DNA of 64,000 nt from Patescibacteria group bacterium (GTDB lineage: Bacteria; Patescibacteriota; Microgenomatia; 0-14-0-10-38-17), in contig JBMNNJ010000002.1 of the NCBI GenBank assembly GCA_050953885.1, positions 41,586 to 105,585 on the forward strand. Direction: 5' to 3'. Below, one piece after another: positions 26,499 to 36,240 of the stretch. A program made the translations under genes and the position numbers. How positions within the stretch are numbered: the stretch's first letter is position 1; each line of letters begins with the position of its first letter. Below the pieces are notes generated by a model, which had not been told where the DNA came from, ran no database searches, and saw only the letters and a list, made by a program, of their open reading frames with translations.

Positions 26499-26874
26499 CT
26501 CCCTTTTTAACTAAAAACGAGGCTAAAATTTCCGCCGCGGCGGCGGCATCAGCCTCTTTTTTTCTTTTTTTTCTCCTGCTTCCTGTTTCGATCATTGTAG
26601 CAACTCCCGCCCGACTTGTCAAAGTTTCGTCTTCAAACTCAACCGGCAACCCCAGATTACTTTCAAGACTTTCTTTAAATGTTTTTATCTTTTTTCCTAA
26701 ATCTTCTGACCAACCCAAAACCAGCCGGTCAATCGCTTCTTTTTGGCAAATTTGGCCGATTTTTTCCGTTATTTCCTGATTATTTGGCAAAACTCCCCAG
26801 GGCCGCGTCAAACCTTTTTCGCCTAACGCCAAGCCAATCCTTTTCTCGCCATAATCAATGCCTAAGTAACGCAT
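26485..26874 (-). CDS. ruvX: Holliday-junction-resolvase-like nuclease YqgF/RuvX
   Basis: The 129 aa ORF starts MRYLGIDYGEKRIGLALGE, the RNase H-like YqgF signature. Confidence 0.85.
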   Translation of the reverse strand: MRYLGIDYGEKRIGLALGEKGLTRPWGVLPNNQEITEKIGQICQKEAIDRLVLGWSEDLGKKIKTFKESLESNLGLPVEFEDETLTSRAGVATMIETGSRRKKRKKEADAAAAAEILASFLVKKGDENV

Positions 26875-27083
26875 GAAAAATTAAACGGCTAAATTGTTAA
26901 ATTGCTAAATTGATAGAAAAGCATACTGGATACAACAGGATTTATAACAGGATTGAACGGGATCTTTTATCCTGTTTTACCCCGTAAACATCCTCTTTAA
27001 TCCCGTGTGCTTTGCCCCTTATTCGCTCATTCGTGTTTATTCGTTTCCCATTCGTGTCAATTCGCGTTTCAACAGTTTAACTG

Positions 27084-27797
27084 TTATTTTGCCAGTCTTG
27101 CCCGGACCACCAAACGGCGCAGATATGTTCCCGGCGGCACGCAAGTGACAAGGCTGATATAAGAGTCATCATAATGCTGTTCTAAAATCGCCAAATCATC
27201 AGGGGGAAGCTCAACCATTTCCGACACTAAGAACCGATAGCGCACGCCGTCAAAGTCAACCAAAATCTCATCGCCAATTTTTAAAGTCGGTAAGGTGGAA
27301 AAAATCGTCATATAATCTTTGGGGTTAAAAAACTGCGGCAAAACCGAATGGCCAAAAATAACCGCGTTACCGTAATTACCCGGATAAGCGGTTCCCCCAT
27401 ACTGGACTAAATTGCGGGAAAGATCCTCTCCGCCCACCTCCACCGTAGCATTAAAAACCCCAAGCTTGGGAATACTCAAATTGTAATAACGAATTTTGCC
27501 AACATTATTTTGCTGAAAGCCTACCGGCAACCAATTTTGAATTTCGGCCAAGTTTTGGTCGGCCACCCCCACCACGCCAAAAAGAGGCAAGCCTTTTAAA
27601 TCATTAGCATCCCTAAAATAAGGAGTGATAATTTTTTTCTCTCTAAATTGAGAAGCGGAGAGCTGATAGGAAATAATCGGCCAGCCGGCATAAGTAATAA
27701 TCATCAACCCTAGGGTAAAGATTAAAACCGGCAAGGTCCGCAAAATTTTTCCCAAGCGGCTGGGCCTTTTTGGTGGAGCTTTAAGATAAGAATACAT
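27084..27797 (-). CDS. sortase-family transpeptidase (the true start is probably the internal Met at about 27797; the ORF extends to 27863 through a repeat module)
   Basis: An N-terminal TM anchor (LPVLIFTLGLMIITYAGWPIISY), the catalytic His region (VIFGHS), the TLxTC motif (ISLVTCVPPGTYLRR) and a conserved Arg. Confidence 0.8.
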   Translation of the reverse strand: MYSYLKAPPKRPSRLGKILRTLPVLIFTLGLMIITYAGWPIISYQLSASQFREKKIITPYFRDANDLKGLPLFGVVGVADQNLAEIQNWLPVGFQQNNVGKIRYYNLSIPKLGVFNATVEVGGEDLSRNLVQYGGTAYPGNYGNAVIFGHSVLPQFFNPKDYMTIFSTLPTLKIGDEILVDFDGVRYRFLVSEMVELPPDDLAILEQHYDDSYISLVTCVPPGTYLRRLVVRARLAK

Positions 27798-28028
27798 GGT
27801 TAAGATACACGAATTTACACGAATGAGAAACGAATAGACACGAAAAATAAACTCAAAACGCAAATGGCAAAACTACATGGTAAATCTCAAACCACTTTAA
27901 AATGTAGTTTTTCAGATTTAAGTTTTGAGTTGTAGTTTTGATCCGCCAGCTGGCGGATTGCGATTTAACATTTGAGTTTATCTTTTGTCTCCTTGTATCT
28001 TAATATCTTAGTATCTTAGTATCTTTTC

Positions 28029-30152
28029 TCATTGCTTTGTCTTCACCTCTATCTTAATCCTTTCTTCCCGATGAGGCAAGGTTAAAAGGAAATCGGGCAT
28101 TTTGGGGCTTACTTTGATCTCACAGTCTTCTACCGAAGGCAAAAGCCCTAAATAATCTATCGCCGCCGCCGGCCGCTTGCCCTTTAATTTCTTTTTCACC
28201 TCTTCCTCGTCAATGTTGGGATAAAGACTGGCCCTAACTTTAGCCTCAAAAACTTGCCCCTCACCCTCGCTTTCCTGATAAGAAAAGTTAACTTCCCTCT
28301 CTTCTCCCAAAATAAATCCCGCCGGAATTTTTGGTTTTAAACGCTCCTCGATAAGCTTATTCAAATCTTCTTCCTTAAAAACAAGCCCCTTTAATTCCAG
28401 TTTAAGACTTAAAGAGGCCTCTTCGGCCTCATCGCCTACTTGATGGTCATAGTCTTCGGCAATAATCTCCTCTTCAATGCTTTCGTTAATCAATTTTTTT
28501 CCTTCGCCCAAAGTTTTTGCCAACTTTTCCCGGCCCTCTTTAAGCAACTCTTCCTTTAAAGACTCTTTCAAAGAAGTTAAGTCTTCTTCGGCCACCACCT
28601 TTACCTTGCGGCTGCTACCCCCGGAAAAATCGCTTTCATTCTTAGCGATAAAGTCTTTGTTGGAAAAATCATTAACCTTAAACTCTGTTTCTTTTGTTAA
28701 ATTATATTGAGGACCAATGTCGGCCGCTTTTACCTTGACCGTCTTTTTCCCTGGGATAAGCGTATAATCCGGCCCGGCGCTGGCGGAAGCCACCTTCACC
28801 TCTTCCTCTGTCTCAAACTCCAAGTCACCGGGGGCAATTAATTTTGTCCCTTTCTCCAAAGTTTCCTCCACCTCGGTACGGTTATAAATCGTTGCTTCTC
28901 CCGTGGCTTTTTCTCCTACCTCTTTCTCCCCGCTTGTCGCCGCGCTTTTTTCCCCCTCAACGGTAATGGCAACTTCTTCGCCAGGGATAATTCCTTCTTC
29001 AACACTCAATGCTGACCCCGGAACCACCTTAACGGTAAAACTTTCTTCCAAAAATTGAGGCGAAACCCGAAGAGTGACCGTTGCCTGCGGCCAAAACCAC
29101 CAAAGCAAACCCAAAATCGTCAGAAAAAGAAGCGGCAAAAGATATCGCCAGGAAAAGTGTTTTGGCCCTTTTTTTAATTTTGGTAAAAAGCCACCTATTT
29201 TAGCAAAAAAACTAAGAACTCTTTGTTTTTGAGAAGCAAAGTCTACTTTTCTTTTTTGGGAGACTACCTCTTCTTTCTCTCCTTCAGCAGAAAAATCCTC
29301 TAATTGCGCCACATCCTGATTCTTTAAGAATCCCGGCAGTGCTTCTTCTTGTAAAACTTCTTCCTCTTTTTGCTCCGCATCAAGATGGGCCAGGCCTCCT
29401 TTCTCCAAAAGATTACTCGCCGTTTCCTCAATTAAGGTCTCCAAAAGAAAAGAAGAAGGGAGAAGCTCTACTTTGGGAAGGTGCAAAAAAAGGCCTCCTT
29501 CCGGCTTAACCCAAGGATAGGAAAGAAGGCGTTGCCGCATTGCTTCCTGATCCCCAAAACCCCAAAGAAAAATTCGCGGCGGAAAAGGCTCTTCCCTCTC
29601 AAAAGAAAAGAGCCCCTCTTCCAAATCAGACACAAGATTATCGCTGCGCTCAATTTGATAAACTCCCTCCATTTTCCCTCTCCATAAAAGCGCCACCTCG
29701 ATCACTTCCTCGCCCACCCCCACCAAAACAAAATTAAGAAAAGCGCCTTCGCTTTTAGCAAGAGAGGCGCAAATAACTTTTTCCTGGGTCACAAAACCTA
29801 ATGGCGTACTTTCTAATTTTTGACAAATTTGCCGCAAAAGACTGGCCTTATCTTCCTCTAATGCCCCCTTGGCCCAGGAAACCGGCAGAGAAAAAATTAT
29901 CCCCTCAATTTTCCTTTTTCCCTCCCCAAGTGTTTTAAAAGCGCTTTCAAGGCTTTTTTGCGCCGCTTCCGGCAAGCCGGTGTCTTTTTGATAATACTCC
30001 CGACTGCCAAGAGCCAATAATTTTGCCCGCCGTTTCCCTCCCTCTTCTTCAATTGTCCAAAGGCCCCCCATTACCTCGTTAAGGCCAATAAAAAAGGCGG
30101 CAAAAATATGTTCGAACATAATAAAAAGAAATGAATTGTCACATTGCTTCAT
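28029..30152 (-). CDS. bitopic membrane protein: cytoplasmic N-terminal domain with a weak FtsA/PilM-like (actin-fold) resemblance, one TM helix, acidic extracellular C-terminal domain
   Basis: The 707 aa ORF has the N-terminal segment FIGLNEVMGGLW...LLALGSRE, which resembles actin-like ATPase phosphate-1 and connect motifs. Its TM helix is WRYLLPLLFLTILGLLWWFW. The C-terminal half is E/K-rich. Confidence 0.55.
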   Translation of the reverse strand: MKQCDNSFLFIMFEHIFAAFFIGLNEVMGGLWTIEEEGGKRRAKLLALGSREYYQKDTGLPEAAQKSLESAFKTLGEGKRKIEGIIFSLPVSWAKGALEEDKASLLRQICQKLESTPLGFVTQEKVICASLAKSEGAFLNFVLVGVGEEVIEVALLWRGKMEGVYQIERSDNLVSDLEEGLFSFEREEPFPPRIFLWGFGDQEAMRQRLLSYPWVKPEGGLFLHLPKVELLPSSFLLETLIEETASNLLEKGGLAHLDAEQKEEEVLQEEALPGFLKNQDVAQLEDFSAEGEKEEVVSQKRKVDFASQKQRVLSFFAKIGGFLPKLKKGPKHFSWRYLLPLLFLTILGLLWWFWPQATVTLRVSPQFLEESFTVKVVPGSALSVEEGIIPGEEVAITVEGEKSAATSGEKEVGEKATGEATIYNRTEVEETLEKGTKLIAPGDLEFETEEEVKVASASAGPDYTLIPGKKTVKVKAADIGPQYNLTKETEFKVNDFSNKDFIAKNESDFSGGSSRKVKVVAEEDLTSLKESLKEELLKEGREKLAKTLGEGKKLINESIEEEIIAEDYDHQVGDEAEEASLSLKLELKGLVFKEEDLNKLIEERLKPKIPAGFILGEEREVNFSYQESEGEGQVFEAKVRASLYPNIDEEEVKKKLKGKRPAAAIDYLGLLPSVEDCEIKVSPKMPDFLLTLPHREERIKIEVKTKQ

Positions 30153-30232
30153 TGCTTCATTGTTTCATTGTTGCCAGCTTTATGGTCACATTATCTCAAC
30201 AATGTAGCAATGTAACAATGAAACAATGTTTT
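30153..30232. repeat. mirrored array of CATTG(c/t)TT repeats at 8 bp spacing (cattgcttcattgcttcattgtttcattgtt ... aacaatgtagcaatgtaacaatgaaacaatg)
   Basis: Direct reading of the spacer between the 707 aa membrane-protein start and the alaS stop. Confidence 0.6.
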
Positions 30233-32053
30233 TTACTCTAATACCCCATAAATTCTTCTTTTCCCCGCCCCCACACTTTCTTCTTTAATAATTTTAAATT
30301 TCCCTAAAACCCCGGTACGCTCAACATGTGGCCCACCGCAAACTTCCCGCGAAAAAAAATCCGGCTCCCTGCCAATAGTATAAACTTTTACCGCCTCTTT
30401 GTCATATTTTCCCTCAAAAAAGGCTAAGGCGCCCATTTTTTTGGCCTCTTCCAGACTTACTTCCTGAAAGCTAACCGGTAAATTTTCCTTAATCTTCTCA
30501 TTAGCTAAGTTTTCCACTTTTTTAATCTGCTCCTCGGTTAACTTTTGGGGGTAGGGGAAATCAAAGCGCAGCCTTTCCGGAGTGATATTTGAGCCCGCCT
30601 GATAAACACTTTTCCCCAAAACTTGCCTTAACGCCTGGTGCAAAAGATGGGTGGCGGTATGAAGCTTGGTGACCGCCAGAGAATGGTCTTCCAAGCCCCC
30701 TTTAAATTTCCTCGCCGTTTTCGACTTTTCCTGATGAGCCTTAGCCGCCTTGGCAAATTCTTTTTCAAATCCAGGGCTGATACCCACCCCCGCCGCGGCA
30801 AATTCTTCCAAAACTAAATCTTGCGGTAAGCCAAAACTAGTTAAAAGATAAAAAGCCTCATCGCCGCCAAGAAGCGCTTTTTCTTTCTTCTTAAAAGAAA
30901 CCAAACGCCTAATTTCTTTCTGCCCCCGACGCAACGCTTCACCAAATTTTTTTTCTTCTTCTTGTAAAACATTTTCAATAAGCGGCCGCTTTTCCGCCAA
31001 AAAGGGATAACGTTTTTGATAAATTTCCTCGACCACCGTCGCCAATGAGGGCAAAAATGAAGACCCATTTTTTCCTTCTTCTAATAATTTTTGTTTTTGC
31101 CACGAAGCTCTTCTTATCAGCCGGCGTAAAACATAGCCTTGTTCCAAATTAGACGGCAAAACGCCGTCGGCAATAAGAAAAACCGCCGCCCGCAGATGAT
31201 CCGCCACCACCGCCATTGCTTTTCTTATCTCTCCGCCTTCTTCCCACTGGTGGCCACTTAATTGTTTAATTTTTAAAATTATTGGCCAAAGTAAATCGGT
31301 TTCAAAAACGCTTTCTTTTTTCTGCAAAACCATCGCCATTCTCTCCAGACCTGCCCCGGTATCAACACTTTTAATAGACAAATTCTGGTATTGGCCGGAA
31401 AGGGTGCGATTGTATTCCATAAAAACTCCGGCGTTCCAAATCTCCAAAAAACGGTCGCAATCGCATCCTGGCCGGCAATTAGCCTGACCGCAACCCCTTT
31501 CCTCTCCCTGATCAAGATAAACTTCGGTGCAAGGGCCGCAGGGACCGCTCTCGCCTACTTGCCAAAAGTTTTCCGCCGCCCCCAAACCAACAAGATGGTC
31601 TTTTCTCATCCCTACCGCTTGCCACGCTTTAGGCGTTTCGTGGTCGGGCGCAATTTGGGGCAAACTGGAATCACCGGCAAAATAAGTGGCCCAAAGCTTC
31701 TCGCGGGGCAACTTTAGCTCTTTGGTTAAAAACTCCCAGGCCAAAGCCACTGCTTCCTTCTTAAAATAATCGCCAATCGACCAGGAGCCCAACATTTCAA
31801 AAAAAGAAAGGGTGCGCCGATTTTCGCCCACCTTTTCCAAGTCGGTGGTTCGCAAACACCGCTGAATATTAACCAGCCGCTTTGCCGGTGGTTTCTTCTT
31901 GCCTAAAAAATAAGGCTTAAACTGCACCATGCCGGCACTGGTAAAAAGAAGCGTCGGGTCATTTTCCGGTACTAGAGAAATTTGAGGCACAACTTGATGC
32001 CGGTGACGAACAAAAAAGCTGATAAACTTCTGGATAATTTCTTCGCTTTTCAT
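30233..32053 (-). CDS. alaS: alanyl-tRNA synthetase, short form (catalytic and editing domains; no C-Ala domain)
   Basis: The 606 aa ORF has the AlaRS N-terminus (DPTLLFTSAGMVQFKPYFLG, FFEMLGSWSIGDYFK) and the editing motifs (HTATHLLHQAL, CGGPHV). Confidence 0.9.
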   Translation of the reverse strand: MKSEEIIQKFISFFVRHRHQVVPQISLVPENDPTLLFTSAGMVQFKPYFLGKKKPPAKRLVNIQRCLRTTDLEKVGENRRTLSFFEMLGSWSIGDYFKKEAVALAWEFLTKELKLPREKLWATYFAGDSSLPQIAPDHETPKAWQAVGMRKDHLVGLGAAENFWQVGESGPCGPCTEVYLDQGEERGCGQANCRPGCDCDRFLEIWNAGVFMEYNRTLSGQYQNLSIKSVDTGAGLERMAMVLQKKESVFETDLLWPIILKIKQLSGHQWEEGGEIRKAMAVVADHLRAAVFLIADGVLPSNLEQGYVLRRLIRRASWQKQKLLEEGKNGSSFLPSLATVVEEIYQKRYPFLAEKRPLIENVLQEEEKKFGEALRRGQKEIRRLVSFKKKEKALLGGDEAFYLLTSFGLPQDLVLEEFAAAGVGISPGFEKEFAKAAKAHQEKSKTARKFKGGLEDHSLAVTKLHTATHLLHQALRQVLGKSVYQAGSNITPERLRFDFPYPQKLTEEQIKKVENLANEKIKENLPVSFQEVSLEEAKKMGALAFFEGKYDKEAVKVYTIGREPDFFSREVCGGPHVERTGVLGKFKIIKEESVGAGKRRIYGVLE

Positions 32054-32459
32054 TTAAAACACGAATTTACACGAATAGGAAACGAATGAACGCGAACGAG
32101 CAAATAATATAAAAATAAATCAAATATCAAATATCAAAGCGCAAAACCAAGTTCAAAGACCAAAACCATAAACTCAATCCGCCAGCTGGCGGACAGAATC
32201 TAACTGATTCTGAATCAAGTTCAGAATGACACTAATCGTGACCGTCATTCTGACGAAAGTCAGAATCGAATAGCTAAAAGTTAAAATTCAAAAGTAAAAA
32301 TTAAAATTAAAAAGTAGAGCAAAAAAAACTTTTAACTTTTGACTTGCAATTTTGAATTTTGACTTTTTAATTTTGACTTTCCAAACCGATTTAGAAACGT
32401 ACACGTACCACCACCTATTTGGTATAAATTGCCACTGACGGACGATTCGTGAGCCTCCC

Positions 32460-32738
32460 CTATTTCAGCGGTCTGTTGCCCCGCTTAAAAACCCGGGGCT
32501 TATCGGCTGGTTTTGCTTTAACAACCACAGAAGAAGAGGGGGAAGAATTTTGAGGAAGAACCGTCTTGCCAAGCTCTTTAAAATCCCCGGCCGAAAGCTG
32601 GTGAATAATTTTCAAGATTTTTTCTTTTTTAACCTCTTCTTTATCTTCCAAAAAATAAGCCAACGCCCCTCCCAACAAAACTCCTAAGCCAAAACCGGAC
32701 CAAAACTGGTTTGTTTCAATCTTCTTTTTTTCCCCCAT
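32460..32738 (-). CDS. small membrane protein (92 aa), hypothetical
   Basis: One TM segment (FWSGFGLGVLLGGALAYF). Overlaps the next small ORF by 23 nt. Confidence 0.35.
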   Translation of the reverse strand: MGEKKKIETNQFWSGFGLGVLLGGALAYFLEDKEEVKKEKILKIIHQLSAGDFKELGKTVLPQNSSPSSSVVVKAKPADKPRVFKRGNRPLK

Positions 32739-33012
32739 TTTTCTTTTCTTCCTTTTTTTCTTGTTTTTTCTTCTCCCTGCCGGAAAAAATTTCCAAAAAA
32801 GAACCTAAGCCTTCAATAAAACCGCTTATGCCCAAAAATGGCCGGCTTAATTTTTGCGAAAAAACCAAAAAAGGGTTCAGCGCCTCATTAAGATTCTTAA
32901 TCGCCTTCTTAACTTCCTGAAGAATCTGGAAAACCTGCACCCCAATTACCGTTAAAAGAGCGGTTAAAATAACAATCACCACCACCAGTAGAACTTGCAA
33001 AGCGTTTTCCAT
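32716..33012 (-). CDS. small membrane protein (98 aa), hypothetical
   Basis: An N-terminal TM segment (LQVLLVVVIVILTALLTVIGV) and a Lys/Glu-rich tail. Confidence 0.4.
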   Translation of the reverse strand: MENALQVLLVVVIVILTALLTVIGVQVFQILQEVKKAIKNLNEALNPFLVFSQKLSRPFLGISGFIEGLGSFLEIFSGREKKKQEKKEEKKNGGKKED

Positions 33013-33349
33013 AAGAAACTAAATTGTTAAATTGCTATACTGTTATACTGTTAAATTGTTAAAACACGAATTCACGCGAATTGGAAACGAATTAACACGA
33101 AAAATAAACTTAAAACGCAAATGGCAAATGGCAAAACTATCCACCTAAAATGGCGGATCCGCCGTCTGAGGCGGACATGTTAAATCTTAAATCTTTCTTA
33201 GAGCTTAAAAGTGTTTTTCAGATTTGAGTTTTGAATTTTAGTTTTGCGTTTTGCGATTTAACATTTGAGTTTATCTTTTGTTTTTGAATTTTGATTTTTG
33301 CATTAATTTAGTGTCTTAATATCTTTATATCCTAATTTCTCCCTCTTTG

Positions 33350-33985
33350 TCAATCACCGCAATAAAAGCGTCTTTCCAACTGGCTTTTTTTGCCATGAGG
33401 ATTAGCCGCTTCCAATAAAACCAGATTTTCTCCCGACAAACATTCTCTTTCTTGTTGAAAAGAACCGTCCGAGCCAAGCGTTACCGGCTGGCCTTCAATA
33501 GTAACCACATCTCCCCCTTCTATTTTCCCCTGGATAACAACACGGTAGCCGCTAATTTTCTCCTCTTCACGCGGCGCCTCAAGAATAATTTTGGGAGCGC
33601 TAAAGCGAAAAAAAAGCTGGCGACCCAGAAAAAAAACCATCAATAAAATAAAAATTACCCCAAAAAAGGCGCCTATTTTCCCCGGCGTCACCTTTAATTT
33701 CTTTTTCGTCTCTATTCTCTTGGGCATTAATTCTTGAGAAGAGGCAGGGGGAATAAAATCGCGCCTGAAAACTGCCACCACTTTTTCCCCGTCCAGGCCC
33801 AAAATTTCCGCGTAAGAACGAATTAACCCTTGAATTACCGCCGGTCCGCCGGCAATTGCCTGATAACGATCTTCTTCCAGGAAAACCAAATACTCTTCCC
33901 TAATTTTAAGTTCCGTTGCCAGAGAGGAAATTTTTTTCCTCTTTTCTTCTCGCTTGCTTTTAAGAATTTGTCCCGCTGTCTTCAC
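33350..33985 (-). CDS. RodZ-like protein (HTH domain + TM + C-terminal domain)
   Basis: The 211 aa ORF has an N-terminal XRE-type HTH (ILKSKREEKRKKISSLATELKIREEYLVFLEED), one TM (IGAFFGVIFILLMVFFLG) and a periplasmic C-terminal domain. Confidence 0.6.
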   Translation of the reverse strand: MKTAGQILKSKREEKRKKISSLATELKIREEYLVFLEEDRYQAIAGGPAVIQGLIRSYAEILGLDGEKVVAVFRRDFIPPASSQELMPKRIETKKKLKVTPGKIGAFFGVIFILLMVFFLGRQLFFRFSAPKIILEAPREEEKISGYRVVIQGKIEGGDVVTIEGQPVTLGSDGSFQQERECLSGENLVLLEAANPHGKKSQLERRFYCGD

Positions 33986-36083
33986 TGTTTGGAAGAATTA
34001 ATTTTTCTTTACCGGCTAAAAGCTCCCGCGACTTTGAACCGTCGGGAGGTCCCACAATTCCCGCTTCCTCCATCTGGTCTAAAATCCGGGCCGCTCGATT
34101 ATAACCAATACGAAACCGACGCTGAAGCAGAGAAGAAGAGGCGCGATTTTCCTGACGGAAAAGCTCTACCGCCTCGTCGAAAAGCTCATCGCGCTCTCCT
34201 TCGGCGGTAATCACTGTGGCGCCCTTTTTCCCAATCGGCATTTCGACTACCTCTTGGGTGTAAACCGGCTCCACTCCCATATTTTTAACAAAATTGATTA
34301 AGTTTTTAATCTCGCGGTCGGAAACATAAGCGCCTTGAATTCTTAAGGGCTTAGCCCGATCCGGGGGAAGATAAAGCATGTCACCCCGCCCCAAAAGCTT
34401 TTCCGCTCCCGGCGTGTCCAAAATCACCCTCGAATCGGTCATTGAGGCGACAGCAAAAGAAATCCGGCAAGGAATATTAGCCTTAATTAAACCGGTTAAA
34501 ACATCTACTGACGGCCTTTGGGTGGCAATCACCAAATGAATTCCTGTTGCCCGCGCCATCTGCGCCAACCGGCAAATGGCGGTCTCCACCTCAGCGGGAG
34601 AAAAAAACATAATATCCGCCAGCTCATCAATGATAATTACCAAATAAGGAAGAGCGGCAAAACCGGCCTTCTCGTTATAATCATCAATGTTGCGCACTCC
34701 CGCCTCGGCAAAAAGTTTATAACGATTATCCATTTCTTTGGTGGCCCACTTTAGCGCTGAAACCACTTTAGGCGGGTCAACAATCACCGACGAAAGAAGA
34801 TGGGGAATCCCCTCATACTGGGTTAGCTCGACTCTTTTAGGGTCAATTAAGATCATTTTTACCTCCTCCGGGGTGGAGCGGAAAAGAAAAGTCGAAATCC
34901 AAGCGTTTAGTAAAACACTTTTCCCCGCTCCCGTCTGGCCGGCGATTAAAACATGAGGCATTTTGCCAATATCCGCCACCACCGCCTGACCGGAAACATC
35001 CAGGCCCAAACCTACCGTTAACTTTGATTTTGATTTTTTAAGAGCGGGCGAAGCCAACATCTGGCGTAAATTTACCACCCGCAGGGAAGAATTAGGTAAT
35101 TCAATCCCTGCCAAGGATCGCCCCACAATAGGAGCCTCAATTCGGATTTGCCCCGTTGGCGCCGCCAGCGCCAAAGCCAAATCATTGCTTAAGCTCAAAA
35201 TTTTGGAAAGCTTTGTTCCCGGCGCCACTCTAATAGCATATTGGGTTACTGCCGGCCCGGGGTTAACTTCAACCACTTTCGCCTTAATGCCAAAAGAATC
35301 TAATGTTTTCTCAATAATATCGGCATTTTTGTTAACTTCAGCCGCGGTTAACTGCTTTGTTGGCGGAGTAGGATCAAGCAAGCTTAAGGGAGGATAATGC
35401 CAAACTCCGGCTCGCGCTCCCGCCAAGGGTAGGCTTTCTTTTGGTTTTCCTTCCTGACCGACAAGAGGCACCTTGGCCAAGTCCGGCTTTTCCTCTCTTC
35501 CCTGACTTTCAAAATCTGAGGCAAGAGGGGTTAATCCGGAATCGGAAGGAAACTTAACCCCAATTTCCCTCTTTTCTTTAGGCGCAAAAATTTTCTTTAC
35601 CTTTCCCCAAAGCTCGGCTAAAAAATCGCCAATTTCCTTTAAAGAAACATCCCATAAAACCAAAAACCCTGCCAGAGAAAGAATAAAAAAAATAATCCCG
35701 CTGCCCACTCCTCCTAGAAAGGAAGCCGCTTTTTGAAAAAGAAAACGACCCACCTGACCGCCTTGAACTAACCCTAAAAAGGAGAAAAAAAATAAAAAAC
35801 TGCCCAAGAAAACATTAAGAGAAAGAAAACTTAAATTAAGACCGGAAAAAAGCAATCCCAAAAGAAGAGTCAGGAAGGGGAGAAGGAAAGCGCCTCCGCC
35901 AAAAAAAGCCAATAATTTTTCGTTTATCTGGGAAAGAAAGGGTGTTTGGCCAAAGAAAGAAATAATCAAAAAAGCGGTCAGCAAGAAAAAAAGGAGGGAA
36001 AAAACCGAAAAAAGGGTTTTTCTCCCCACCCCCATTCTTAAACCTTTCTTTTTTTTAGGCCGTCCCCGTTTTTTCTTAACCAT
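33960..36083 (-). CDS. ftsK: DNA translocase FtsK/SpoIIIE
   Basis: The 707 aa ORF has N-terminal TM helices, Walker A (GQTGAGKS), Walker B (VIIIDELAD) and a C-terminal winged-helix gamma domain. Confidence 0.9.
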   Translation of the reverse strand: MVKKKRGRPKKKKGLRMGVGRKTLFSVFSLLFFLLTAFLIISFFGQTPFLSQINEKLLAFFGGGAFLLPFLTLLLGLLFSGLNLSFLSLNVFLGSFLFFFSFLGLVQGGQVGRFLFQKAASFLGGVGSGIIFFILSLAGFLVLWDVSLKEIGDFLAELWGKVKKIFAPKEKREIGVKFPSDSGLTPLASDFESQGREEKPDLAKVPLVGQEGKPKESLPLAGARAGVWHYPPLSLLDPTPPTKQLTAAEVNKNADIIEKTLDSFGIKAKVVEVNPGPAVTQYAIRVAPGTKLSKILSLSNDLALALAAPTGQIRIEAPIVGRSLAGIELPNSSLRVVNLRQMLASPALKKSKSKLTVGLGLDVSGQAVVADIGKMPHVLIAGQTGAGKSVLLNAWISTFLFRSTPEEVKMILIDPKRVELTQYEGIPHLLSSVIVDPPKVVSALKWATKEMDNRYKLFAEAGVRNIDDYNEKAGFAALPYLVIIIDELADIMFFSPAEVETAICRLAQMARATGIHLVIATQRPSVDVLTGLIKANIPCRISFAVASMTDSRVILDTPGAEKLLGRGDMLYLPPDRAKPLRIQGAYVSDREIKNLINFVKNMGVEPVYTQEVVEMPIGKKGATVITAEGERDELFDEAVELFRQENRASSSLLQRRFRIGYNRAARILDQMEEAGIVGPPDGSKSRELLAGKEKLILPNSEDSGTNS

Positions 36084-36240
36084 AAGGTTGGATATTAAAC
36101 ATTTATTTTTATTTATTAAGTAAGCACACGGGATTAAACAGGATGTTTACAGGATAAAACAGGAAAAAAATCCCGTTCAATCCTGTAATAAATCCTGTTG
36201 TATCCTGTGTGCTTTGCGCCCACCATTCGCTCATTCGTGT

